Assembly (NCBI GenBank): GCA_964615295.1
Contig: CAZTNF010000001.1
Span: forward strand, 16,983-80,982
Reading direction: 5' to 3'
DNA: 64,000 nucleotides
Source: an uncultured Erysipelotrichaceae bacterium
Lineage (GTDB): Bacteria > Bacillota_I > Bacilli_A > Erysipelotrichales > Erysipelotrichaceae
Shown here: piece by piece, positions 10,307 through 18,801 of the stretch
How the letters are laid out: every line of letters starts with the position of its first letter
How positions within the stretch are numbered: position 1 is the stretch's first letter
The notes under the pieces: generated by a model
Database searches by the model: none
What the model was told of the DNA's origin: nothing
What the model saw: only the letters and a program-made list of their open reading frames with translations
Made by a program: the position numbers and the translations under genes

Positions 10307-12529
10307 CTAAATGTCCTCTAATAAGCCAGTTTCTTGAAGGCGATGAAAAAGAGCAGATTTATGCGGATGAGATTCATGAATGGATTTAGCTAAGTCTTTG
10401 GCAAATTGATATTGACCAGGAAGAACAGCAATTTTTCGTAAAGCCAAAGCGACTTCTTGATAATTTGCTGGATTCTTTGTATTGGCTTTTTGAAAAGCTT
10501 CCTCTTTCCATAAAGCTGCTAATCTTGAAGCATACTCGTCTTTTAAGGCCTTCTCATATTGTTGGGCCAATAAAAGATCTTGGTTTTCTTCAATACACCT
10601 CATCAATTCTTCTTTTCTTCCCTTTTCAAAGTAGGCTTCGGCCAAAATAAAGGGAGCAACCTTAGTTTTTAAAGAGACTAAAGCTCCCAAATAGGTTTCT
10701 TCATCTACTTTTTGACTGAGTAAAATTAAGTCTTCTGGCTGAATATGCGGATTTTGCGTAATAAAATCAATGAGCGTTTGAATGGCTTGATCTTCTTTCC
10801 CTTCTAAAGAAAGTAAAGAGATCAAATGACGAATTTGTTGGGCTTGCAAAAAAGAATTCTTAGGGTATAAGCGGATTAAACGCTGACAAACCATGCGAGC
10901 ACTTTGATAATTTTGCTTTTCATAGGCTTTATCCATTTGAAGTTTCCAAAAATAAGGCTTGGATTCTAAGCGAACTTTAAAGGATGGATCGTTTTCACAA
11001 AGATCCGGATTGGGTTCGCAAAGAGCATCCAAAGATTCAATAATTCGTTCTAATGTTTGTTTGTCCTCTTTGGTGGATTTTACTTCATGGATCAAAAACT
11101 CCGCTTTGAGCCGTTCGAATTTGGAAACAAGATATTGCTCTTGATTAAAGAAGGTACTCAAAATAGTTAAAAGGGCTTGATGCAATTGGAAATCTTGGGG
11201 TGGGGTTTCCAGTTTGATCTCTAGCCATGCAAAGATTTCCCCCTCAAGAGAAGAGTTCGCCTGATCAAGAATAGTCGAGAGCCAACTTACCAATTTCCGT
11301 TCGATTTCTTGGTTCAAAACGAAGTGAGCTTGTTCAAAGGTCGAAATAGCATAAGAAATCAAAGAGAAAGCCATTTCAATTTGATGATGGTTCAGCAACA
11401 ATTCAACCTTTTCTTTTAAATAGCCATAGGTCGGATCCGCTAAAAGAGAAAGATTTTCTTTGGAGTTTTGTTTGGTTTCATAAATCACTTCATCGAGCCA
11501 AGCACAATATAGTGTCAATAAATCGTCTGGAATATCCTTTAAAAGCTCAAGTTCTAAGCGCAACCGGAAGTCTAAATGGCTTAAAGCCTCTTTTAGAACA
11601 AGATTTTCTAATTCTTTACGCGATAAGGAAGCAATTAAGCCCTGTAAACCCATCTTAGATTTGGAAGAAGTGTGATCTTCCTTTCTCTCTGAATGAGCTT
11701 GTTGTTTTTGAAGGTTCTTTAAGGAAGTGGAAGGAGCGGCTACAGAAGTGGATCTCTTTTCTTGCGGTTGAGCGTTGTGGGATGGAATCGATTGAAAAAA
11801 GGAATGGGCATTTCTAGGCGTGGTAGACGAATGCGTTAAATGAGCGATTCCTTCCTTTAATTCTTCGAGATCTTGTGAAGAAATGCCCAAAGGAAAATTT
11901 TCTTTAGCTGTTTCCTGGCTTGAAGACAATCCACATCGATTTGAATCGTCTTGGCTTTTTCTTTCTGACTGAAAAATCTTTTTCTCCTTATTTTGAGAGA
12001 GTGAAGTCAAAGGATTTTCGGCCAAAGAGGATGGCTTGAAATAAGGTTCATGAGGTGAGGATACTTTTCCTCTTAAATATTGAATAGCTTGCTCTAACTC
12101 ATTGACTTCTTGAGAAGAAAGCACGTTAGTTTTTAACGGACTTTTTTGGGAAGGAATATAGCTAGAAAAAAGCGATTTAGAAGTAGTTGGAAAAGCGTTT
12201 TCCTCCAGCCAAGAATTGAAGGAAGGCTCATTGGATGAAACCACTTGAGATAAGGAGGAATCGGAAAGTCGCTTTTCCAAGTCAAACAAAAACGCAGCTT
12301 CATGAAGACAAAGATTTTCGGATTTTCCTAAAGAACAAGAACAGCGAATGGATGTGATTTCGTTGTCTTTCAACTCCGCCCGCACAAAATAATGACTCGA
12401 TTTAGCAGGATCCGCTATAAATCCTTCATAAAAGTCTCCACGAGTTTGAATAGGGCCACAACACTGATGGATATAGAGGGAGTATCCCTCTTTTAAGATT
12501 GCTGGATTAAAACTTTGTTTCCAATCCAT
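10307..12529 (-). CDS. SWIM zinc-finger domain protein with Ser-rich linker and helical C-terminus
   Basis: CSC-x8-CLH SWIM motif near N-terminus; 740 aa. Confidence 0.75.
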   Translation of the reverse strand: MDWKQSFNPAILKEGYSLYIHQCCGPIQTRGDFYEGFIADPAKSSHYFVRAELKDNEITSIRCSCSLGKSENLCLHEAAFLFDLEKRLSDSSLSQVVSSNEPSFNSWLEENAFPTTSKSLFSSYIPSQKSPLKTNVLSSQEVNELEQAIQYLRGKVSSPHEPYFKPSSLAENPLTSLSQNKEKKIFQSERKSQDDSNRCGLSSSQETAKENFPLGISSQDLEELKEGIAHLTHSSTTPRNAHSFFQSIPSHNAQPQEKRSTSVAAPSTSLKNLQKQQAHSERKEDHTSSKSKMGLQGLIASLSRKELENLVLKEALSHLDFRLRLELELLKDIPDDLLTLYCAWLDEVIYETKQNSKENLSLLADPTYGYLKEKVELLLNHHQIEMAFSLISYAISTFEQAHFVLNQEIERKLVSWLSTILDQANSSLEGEIFAWLEIKLETPPQDFQLHQALLTILSTFFNQEQYLVSKFERLKAEFLIHEVKSTKEDKQTLERIIESLDALCEPNPDLCENDPSFKVRLESKPYFWKLQMDKAYEKQNYQSARMVCQRLIRLYPKNSFLQAQQIRHLISLLSLEGKEDQAIQTLIDFITQNPHIQPEDLILLSQKVDEETYLGALVSLKTKVAPFILAEAYFEKGRKEELMRCIEENQDLLLAQQYEKALKDEYASRLAALWKEEAFQKANTKNPANYQEVALALRKIAVLPGQYQFAKDLAKSIHESHPHKSALFHRLQETGLLEDI

Positions 12530-12655
12530 AATAGTTACTGCTCCTTTTTAAAATGTAAGAAAACACACAAACGAATGTGTATGGATTTTGTCCTTCATCC
12601 TAGGCTTATATATTTCATGATCTTCAAAGACAATGATGGGAATGGAGAGTTAATT

Positions 12656-14851
12656 TTAAATTTTAATGAAGACTTCTTCATAAGCGATATCCGTTCCTTT
12701 AGGAAGATCCCATAAAATTCCACCACACATTAAAGCTAAGGCTGAAAAAACTTTTTGATCGGACTGACGACAATAGAAAGCGTTTTTATCGAGATCTTGA
12801 AGAATAATTCTTGGCCGTTTTTCACTTGGTCTGGTTTCGAATAGGACTCCTTGAATCAATATCGTCTTTCGTTTCGAATCCGCAATTTGCCAAGCGGCTA
12901 AACCAGTAATGGGATCACTTAAGCGAAAGTAGTCTCCTTTCAAAATCAAATCTCGTCTCGTTTGAAAGCGTAGGATCTGTTTTATGATTTCTTCTTTTTC
13001 GGTTTTAGAGAGTTTGGTGATATCCAATTCATAACCAAAGCTACCTGGAGTTGCGACGACTTCACGAGTTTTCAATGGAGTATTGCGTCCCGTTTGATGA
13101 TTGGGAATGGCCGAAACGTGGCTTCCCATTGTACTCATAGGATAGAAAAAGCTAGTTCCATATTGAATAAACGTTCGACAATGCGCATCGGTATTATCCG
13201 AGCACCAGATTTGAGGAAAGTAGTAAAGCATAGCGGGATCAAAACGACCACCTCCACCAGCACATCCTTCAAAAAGAACATGAGGAAATTTTTGAGTTAA
13301 CCGTTTGGCTAGTTCATACACTCCAAGAATATAGCGATGAGCGACTTCTCCCTGTTGGTGGCTTGACCACGCTTGAGAATAACAATCAGAAATGGAGCGG
13401 TTCATATCCCATTTAATATAATCAATATCATTGTCTTCAATAATTTGACTGATTTGTCTTTCAAGATAGTCCACGACTCTTGAATTAGAAAGATCAAGTA
13501 CAAGTTGAGAGCGACTCGTTGAGGGAAGACGATTTGGGGCTTGTAGCACCCATTGAGGATGATTTCGATACAAGTTGGAATCAACTGAAATCATTTCAGG
13601 TTCTATCCATAGGCCAAATTGTAATCCAAGTTGATGAATGGATTGACTGAGCTTGGCTAAAGACATTCCAAGCTTTTCTTCGTTAGCCTTCCAATCTCCT
13701 AATGATGTCGTATCATCGTTGCGTTTTCCAAACCAACCATCGTCTAAAACGAAGAGTTCAATACCAAGTTCTTTAGCCTCTTGGGCTAGCTTGAAAAGTG
13801 TTTGACCATCAAAGTTAAAGTAAGTAGCTTCCCAATTGTTAAGAAGAATGGGACGCTTTTTTTCCACAAAATCTTGGGGAAGGATATGATGGCGAAATAA
13901 ATCATGAAATTGATGGGAAAGCTTAGTTAACCCTTCATTGGAAAAAGACAACAACACTTCAGGAACTTCAAAGGTTTTATACGCTTCTAAACTCCAAGAA
14001 AAACGGTTTAATCCCATTACTAAGCGAGTTTGATCAAGTTGATCTTTTTGGACTTCAATTTGAAAATTCCCCGAGTACATTAAAGCAGCTCCATAGGCTT
14101 CTCCTTGTGTTTCCGTAGTATGAGGAGTAGCTAAAATGATCGTGGGATTGTGTTGATGAGAACTATGCCCTCTTGAGGATTCAATCCGAAAGGTGTGATG
14201 TCCTAATGGAACGCGCTCGAAAAGACGCTCCATAGCATGACGACCGTAGAAATGGAGAAGATCAAAATCTCCATAAGGAAAATCTAAAGCGGCTGAACAA
14301 ACGCGTTTCAAAATCACAGATTGCATGTCGTGATTGATGATTTTGACCGCTCGAGTGATGACATTAATCTCTGGAAAGACTCCATAAAGCAAGATCACTT
14401 CAAGATGATGAAGTGAATCTTCGAGATGGATTTCAAGTGTTTGAATTTCATCCCTGAGGGATGAATTCAAATTTTCGGAATCTCTAGAAAAAGCAGTAGG
14501 TAAGGTTTGAAAGGTATATTTCCCCGAATAAAGACGATATTCTCTATAGCGCAAATCCAAAATGGTGGAACCATTTGGGAATTGGACTTCAATAGCTGGT
14601 AATCGAAAATCACTTATAAAACTAGGATACTCTAAGGGACGATCATTCAAAGAATATAAACGATTGTCATGGCTTTCCCAAAGGTTTCCAGAAAAGCCAA
14701 TTTCTGGATAATCTTCCAAATAAGACATATCCATATCGGTTTTAGGACCATACCAAGTATGATTTAAAATGCCAAAAGTATCCACTTTCATTTGATACAG
14801 CGAATCTTGCGTATACAAATTAAACACAAGATCTTGAACAACAATAGCCAT
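12656..14851 (-). CDS. Alpha-galactosidase, GH36
   Basis: NNWEATYF, FVLDDGWFG, YIKWDMNR, CAGGGGRFD, WCSDNTD motifs. Confidence 0.95.
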   Translation of the reverse strand: MAIVVQDLVFNLYTQDSLYQMKVDTFGILNHTWYGPKTDMDMSYLEDYPEIGFSGNLWESHDNRLYSLNDRPLEYPSFISDFRLPAIEVQFPNGSTILDLRYREYRLYSGKYTFQTLPTAFSRDSENLNSSLRDEIQTLEIHLEDSLHHLEVILLYGVFPEINVITRAVKIINHDMQSVILKRVCSAALDFPYGDFDLLHFYGRHAMERLFERVPLGHHTFRIESSRGHSSHQHNPTIILATPHTTETQGEAYGAALMYSGNFQIEVQKDQLDQTRLVMGLNRFSWSLEAYKTFEVPEVLLSFSNEGLTKLSHQFHDLFRHHILPQDFVEKKRPILLNNWEATYFNFDGQTLFKLAQEAKELGIELFVLDDGWFGKRNDDTTSLGDWKANEEKLGMSLAKLSQSIHQLGLQFGLWIEPEMISVDSNLYRNHPQWVLQAPNRLPSTSRSQLVLDLSNSRVVDYLERQISQIIEDNDIDYIKWDMNRSISDCYSQAWSSHQQGEVAHRYILGVYELAKRLTQKFPHVLFEGCAGGGGRFDPAMLYYFPQIWCSDNTDAHCRTFIQYGTSFFYPMSTMGSHVSAIPNHQTGRNTPLKTREVVATPGSFGYELDITKLSKTEKEEIIKQILRFQTRRDLILKGDYFRLSDPITGLAAWQIADSKRKTILIQGVLFETRPSEKRPRIILQDLDKNAFYCRQSDQKVFSALALMCGGILWDLPKGTDIAYEEVFIKI

Positions 14852-14919
14852 ACTTTATCTCTCCTATTTTTTCTTTTTAAGAGTAACGCGCTTTATCTTT
14901 TCTTGAGCTTACTTTAGGT

Positions 14920-14948
14920 AAAAAAAAGCTTCCTTTAAAAAAGGAAGC
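14920..14948 (-). terminator. Intrinsic terminator after MATE gene
   Basis: GCTTCCTTT/AAAGGAAGC hairpin with A-tract on its left (U-tract on minus strand). Confidence 0.7.
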
Positions 14949-14973
14949 CAATAGACAGGATTTGAGGTGCATC

Positions 14974-16353
14974 TTATTCTTGGAAACTCACGTTTTTAGA
15001 TTCTAAAGGAATGACTTGGGTCTGAATGATGTGGCGTAAGAAGAAAAGAGATAAAGCAACGACGATGATTTCCGCTAAAGGAAAAGACCACCACACCCAT
15101 TCTAGATGGCCACTTTGGGCAAATAGCCAAGCAAGCGGAACTAAAGCCACAAGCTGACGAATGAGAGACATCCACATAGACAACATGCCATGACCCAAGG
15201 CTTGGAAAAAAGCACTCGTAACCACAGTAAAGCCAGCTAATAAAAAAGACCAAGAAATCGTTTTTAAAGCGGGCAAGCCTATGGCTAACATATTTTCACT
15301 TGGATTAAAAAGTCCAAGTAACCAAGACGTTTTAAACTGGAACATCAAAAAGCCAAAAATCATCAAAAGAGTCGCAATGACGATTCCTGATTTATATACC
15401 CCCAAAATTCGTTTAGGTTTACTTGCTCCATAGTTAAAAGCAGCGATAGGTACTAAACCATTGTTTAGCCCAAACACCGGCATAAAAATAAAGCTTTGCA
15501 GTTTAAAATACACTCCAAAGACCGCCGTAGCGGTGGTGGAAAAGGCGATCAAAATAAGGTTCATCATATAGGTCATAATGGATCCAATCGCTTGCATGAT
15601 AATAGAAGGCAAGCCTACCGAATAAATTTGATGAACCACAAACCAATCCCAATGGAATTCTTTATAAGAGATTTGGATGTCGGAATTGTGTTTGAAATTT
15701 AAATACAATCCACAAATCGCTCCACACCACTGTCCAATTACAGTTGCAATCGCAGCTCCAGCTACTCCAAGAGCAGGAAAGCCATAATATCCAAAGATCA
15801 TGATAGGATCGAGAATTAAGTTAACAATGGCTCCAATAATTTGTGTTACCATCGTCAAGCCAGTTCGGCCTGTAGCTGTGAGCAATTTTTCACACATGCA
15901 CCCAATGAATACTCCCATGCAAAAAAGAGAAATAATGCTTAAGTATTCCTCACCATAATTTATAATTTCACTTACATTGGTTTGAGCTGCAAAGAACAAG
16001 CGAGAAATAGAGACTCCAACAATCGTAAACACTACAGCGGAAAGAATGGCTAGAAGCAAGGCGTGATTTGCACAACTTTTTACTAAGTTTTTCTCTCCTG
16101 CTCCAAGCCAACGAGACAACATCGAATTGACACCCACTCCTGTTCCTACAGCTACTGCAATGATGAGATTTTGCCAAGGAAAGGCAAGAGACACTGCTGT
16201 AAGCGCTTCTTCACTGATTTGTGCTACGAATTGGGAGTCCACAATATTATAAAAAGCCTGAACAAGCATACTGACCATCATGGGAATGGACATAGTGATC
16301 AAAAGCGAGGTGACAGGATGCGTCCCCATTTTGTTTTCTTTGACATCAGACAT
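14974..16353 (-). CDS. MATE family efflux transporter
   Basis: MLVQAFYNIVDS, NLILDPIMIFG, GVAGAAIAT motifs; likely start MSDVKENKMG at 16353 (ORF track 16434). Confidence 0.92.
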   Translation of the reverse strand: MSDVKENKMGTHPVTSLLITMSIPMMVSMLVQAFYNIVDSQFVAQISEEALTAVSLAFPWQNLIIAVAVGTGVGVNSMLSRWLGAGEKNLVKSCANHALLLAILSAVVFTIVGVSISRLFFAAQTNVSEIINYGEEYLSIISLFCMGVFIGCMCEKLLTATGRTGLTMVTQIIGAIVNLILDPIMIFGYYGFPALGVAGAAIATVIGQWCGAICGLYLNFKHNSDIQISYKEFHWDWFVVHQIYSVGLPSIIMQAIGSIMTYMMNLILIAFSTTATAVFGVYFKLQSFIFMPVFGLNNGLVPIAAFNYGASKPKRILGVYKSGIVIATLLMIFGFLMFQFKTSWLLGLFNPSENMLAIGLPALKTISWSFLLAGFTVVTSAFFQALGHGMLSMWMSLIRQLVALVPLAWLFAQSGHLEWVWWSFPLAEIIVVALSLFFLRHIIQTQVIPLESKNVSFQE

Positions 16354-16855
16354 AGTTTCTTTTTTTAACCCCCTAAAAATTTTATGAATTTTTGAAAACG
16401 AATTATGTTGGAAAAAATTATGTCTCCAATACAAGAGGAATAAAAAAGGAAGTGGAATACTTCCTAAAATTGAGTTTCTCGTAACAAGATTTACTTAAAG
16501 GCTCACGTTCCTTCCTTATTTTCGATTTTTTTCAAGGAGGCTTTTCTTTAAGACAGAAAAGCGTTAAGGCTTGTAAAAATGGAAAAAAGAAAAGAAATCG
16601 GTAAAGAATGAAAAGAGGTCACAAAGACCTGTTTCCTTGATCAAACAACCGATTCTATAAAATCCTAACAACAATTAAATTTTTGAAAAAGGAATTTTGA
16701 GAAAATTCGTATTTTTCTTGATTAAACGAAGCGATTGTGATTCTTTTTCGTTTAATCTCTTCTCAAACTCTAAGATAATTTTCTAATCCAATTGGTTTAA
16801 GCGATTCTTTCTTCTTTTCACAAATTTCTTATCCCTATTCTGATTTCTAGCCACG

Positions 16856-16885
16856 AAAAAAGAAGCAAAGTAAGACTTTGCTTCT
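16856..16885 (-). terminator. Intrinsic terminator downstream of the pseudogene remnant
   Basis: AGAAGCAAAG-taaga-CTTTGCTTCT with A-tract to the left. Confidence 0.75.
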
Positions 16886-16970
16886 AATAGATGAATGGTT
16901 GTTTGTTAGAACGATCCTTTTCTCAATCCTTTGAGTCGACAAAGATCAATTCATCTGACTTTAAGATGCT

Positions 16971-17150
16971 TTAATCCCACTCTTTCGAGATGGTTTTTTA
17001 AAGCATGCGAATGGGTAAATGTTGCAAGTACACACGTTCGCATTGGCCACATTGAATGCAGTCAGTTGCTTTAACTCCTAAAGTAATAAGAGTTGAAGCC
17101 TAGTGATTTCGTAGTGCAAAATCATTGAACTCAATTAAAGCTAAACCAAA
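16971..17150 (-). pseudogene. Remnant of a C-terminal 4Fe-4S domain (as in aldo/keto reductase-Fe-S fusions)
   Basis: Minus frame reads FGLALIEFNDFALRNH*ASTLITLGVKATDCIQCGQCERVYLQHLPIRML*KTISKEWD*, resembling KASDCIxCGxCExxCPQHLPI; two internal stops; CP changed to YL. Confidence 0.75.
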
Positions 17151-17189
17151 AAAGCCTATACGTAAAGCTAAACCAAAAAAGCCTATACG
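17136..17189. repeat. Perfect 27-bp tandem duplication
   Basis: TAAAGCTAAACCAAAAAAGCCTATACG x2 (17136-17162, 17163-17189). Confidence 0.95.
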
Positions 17190-17423
17190 CCTTTCATCGG
17201 CTACAATTAAGCCTTTATATCAGAAAATTTAAGAATCTAAAATCAAAGAAGAAGAGTCTCTTTCGATTTATTGTCCTCTAAAAAGAAAGCCAATAAAGGA
17301 AGATCAATAAAGAGATTAACACTTGTCTTTTCTTCTCTAATCTTTTCTTTCTGCGTAAAATATCTCAAAGAAGGCTTATTCTCTTTGTCTTTTTTAACTT
17401 GTTTAGAAAGAAGGAAAGACTGT

Positions 17424-18011
17424 ATGTCATGGATAGCTATATTACTTCTTGGCGTAGGATTAGCTATGGACGCTTTTGCGGTATCGATTTGTAAAGGCTT
17501 GGCCATGCGTCATGTGACTTGGAAAGAATGTCTCAAAGCGGTCCTTTGGTTTGGAATTTTTCAAGGCTTAATGCCTGCCTTAGGATATATTTTTGGAAAT
17601 CTGTGGGCTGGCTACATTGAAGCCTTTTCGAGTTGGATTGGTTTTATTTTATTGGCTCTTATCGGTGGAAATATGATTCGAGAATCTCTGAGCGAAGAAG
17701 AAGAGACAGATAGTTCTATGGACTTTAAAAGCATGTTGCTTTTAGCGATCGCCACTTCAATTGATGCTTTAGCTGTCGGACTGACTTTTTCGGTGGTTCC
17801 TGTTGAATTGATTGGCTCATGGACTCGTTTTTCCAATACTATGTTAGCTTGTTTTATCATTTGTATTGAAACTGGCTTTGTTTCCGCTATTGGCATTAAA
17901 GTAGGAGCCATTTTTGGTTCTCGCTTTGAAAAAAAAGCGGAATTAGCTGGCGGAATCATTTTAATTTTAATTGGTTTACAAATCATTCTTTCTCACTACG
18001 GAATTCTTTAA
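17424..18011 (+). CDS. mntP: Manganese efflux pump MntP
   Basis: LAMDAFAVSICKG and ATSIDALAVG motifs; AAGGA RBS before ATG 17424 (ORF track 17271). Confidence 0.92.
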   Translation: MSWIAILLLGVGLAMDAFAVSICKGLAMRHVTWKECLKAVLWFGIFQGLMPALGYIFGNLWAGYIEAFSSWIGFILLALIGGNMIRESLSEEEETDSSMDFKSMLLLAIATSIDALAVGLTFSVVPVELIGSWTRFSNTMLACFIICIETGFVSAIGIKVGAIFGSRFEKKAELAGGIILILIGLQIILSHYGIL

Positions 18012-18026
18012 ACTTTGTTTTTTAAC

Positions 18027-18239
18027 TTTGAAGCCAAAGAATTTCGACTTTGGATTGGGATCTATAAAAATTTTGAAGTGTTTTATCTCAACTAAGAGGC
18101 ATGGATCTAAAGGAGAACGAGATTTAGAGTCTCTTGAAAAAAATTAGCTTGGATGAAAAGACGAAAGAATACCTTTCCGAAGGGAGAAAGCGTATTTTTT
18201 TTCAATAAATGAAATCATAAGAATTCAATCCACCATGAT
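18027..18239 (+). mobile_element. Older, heavily decayed 3' fragment of an IscB element
   Basis: FEAKEFRLW and KKLAWM..KEYLSEGRK remnants; nucleotide similarity to 18583-18801. Confidence 0.55.
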
Positions 18240-18425
18240 GACAATAGCGGATGACTAAAGTTACAGGATTGATCCATTGTTGACTAGCTTAAGTTCTTTG
18301 CAAACCACATTACCAAAGAATAGATGGACCCCTTCGAATAGAATAGTGAGTTTGAAGCTCTGTGCTTTGTGTTTTCCTAATGGGTAGGACGTGCCTTTGG
18401 ATAACCTTGGGGCTGGCATTTCTCT
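18240..18425 (+). ncRNA. Degenerate omegaRNA/HEARO-like scaffold, copy 1
   Basis: GTTGACTAGCTTAAGTTC...TTACCAAAGAAT...GAGTTTGAAGCTCTG...ATGGGTAG...GATAACCTTGG, typical of IscB leaders and shared with copy 2; boundaries approximate. Confidence 0.65.
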
Positions 18426-18447
18426 GAAAGGAGTTTTACTTTTTTAG

Positions 18448-18801
18448 GTTTTAGATCAAAATGGACAACCTTTAAGGCCTGCTCAAAGATAGATAATAGA
18501 TATGGGAAGGCACCAACCTCCCCATCAGATTCCTAAATTTACTATTTCTAAAAGTGAAAAGAGAAAAAGAAATCCAGCTTTCTTTGAAATAAAAGGATTT
18601 CGGCTTTGAGATAAAGTAGAATTCGAAAATCAAACCTGCTTTATAAAGAGAAGAAGAGCCATATTTCTCTTTGAAAACGTTAGATATTATGTGAGTGGAT
18701 CTTCTAGGAAGTTAGCATGGATTGAACATGCTAAGGGATACATCACCGAAAGGAGGGAGCGGCCTCTCATGACTCAAGTCATGGGTTTCAATCCGCATTT
18801 T
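18448..18801 (+). pseudogene. iscB: iscB remnant (N-terminal PLMP peptide plus C-terminal domain; RuvC/HNH core deleted)
   Basis: VLDQNGQPLRPAQR*; then HQIPKFTISKSEKRKRNPAFFEIKGFRL*DKVEFENQTCFIKRRR...RKLAWIEHAKGYITERRE. Confidence 0.8.

Larger units (their letters stand above)
18240..18801 (+). mobile_element. Internally deleted IS200/IS605-family IscB (OMEGA) element, copy 1
   Basis: Degenerate end hairpin, omegaRNA-like leader, GAAAGGAG RBS, VLDQNGQPLRP (PLMP motif), IscB C-terminal residues, hairpin CATGACTCAAGTCATG, abuts ATGAA; homologous to 40860-41421. Confidence 0.85.

Noticed and set aside
17136-17189. CRISPR-like repeat
   Set aside because: Only two directly adjacent units, no spacer, no cas genes
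17200-17423. yybP-ykoY Mn riboswitch expected before mntP
   Set aside because: No GGGGAGTA-type core recognisable by eye; not called
18740-18775. Glycine riboswitch-like CACCGAA..GGAG...CTCTCA or a GlpP antiterminator
   Set aside because: Better explained as iscB C-terminal codons (ITERRE) shared with the tyrA copy
18691-18801. Native N-terminal domain of GlpK
   Set aside because: Sequence is homologous to the IscB element end, not to glycerol kinase
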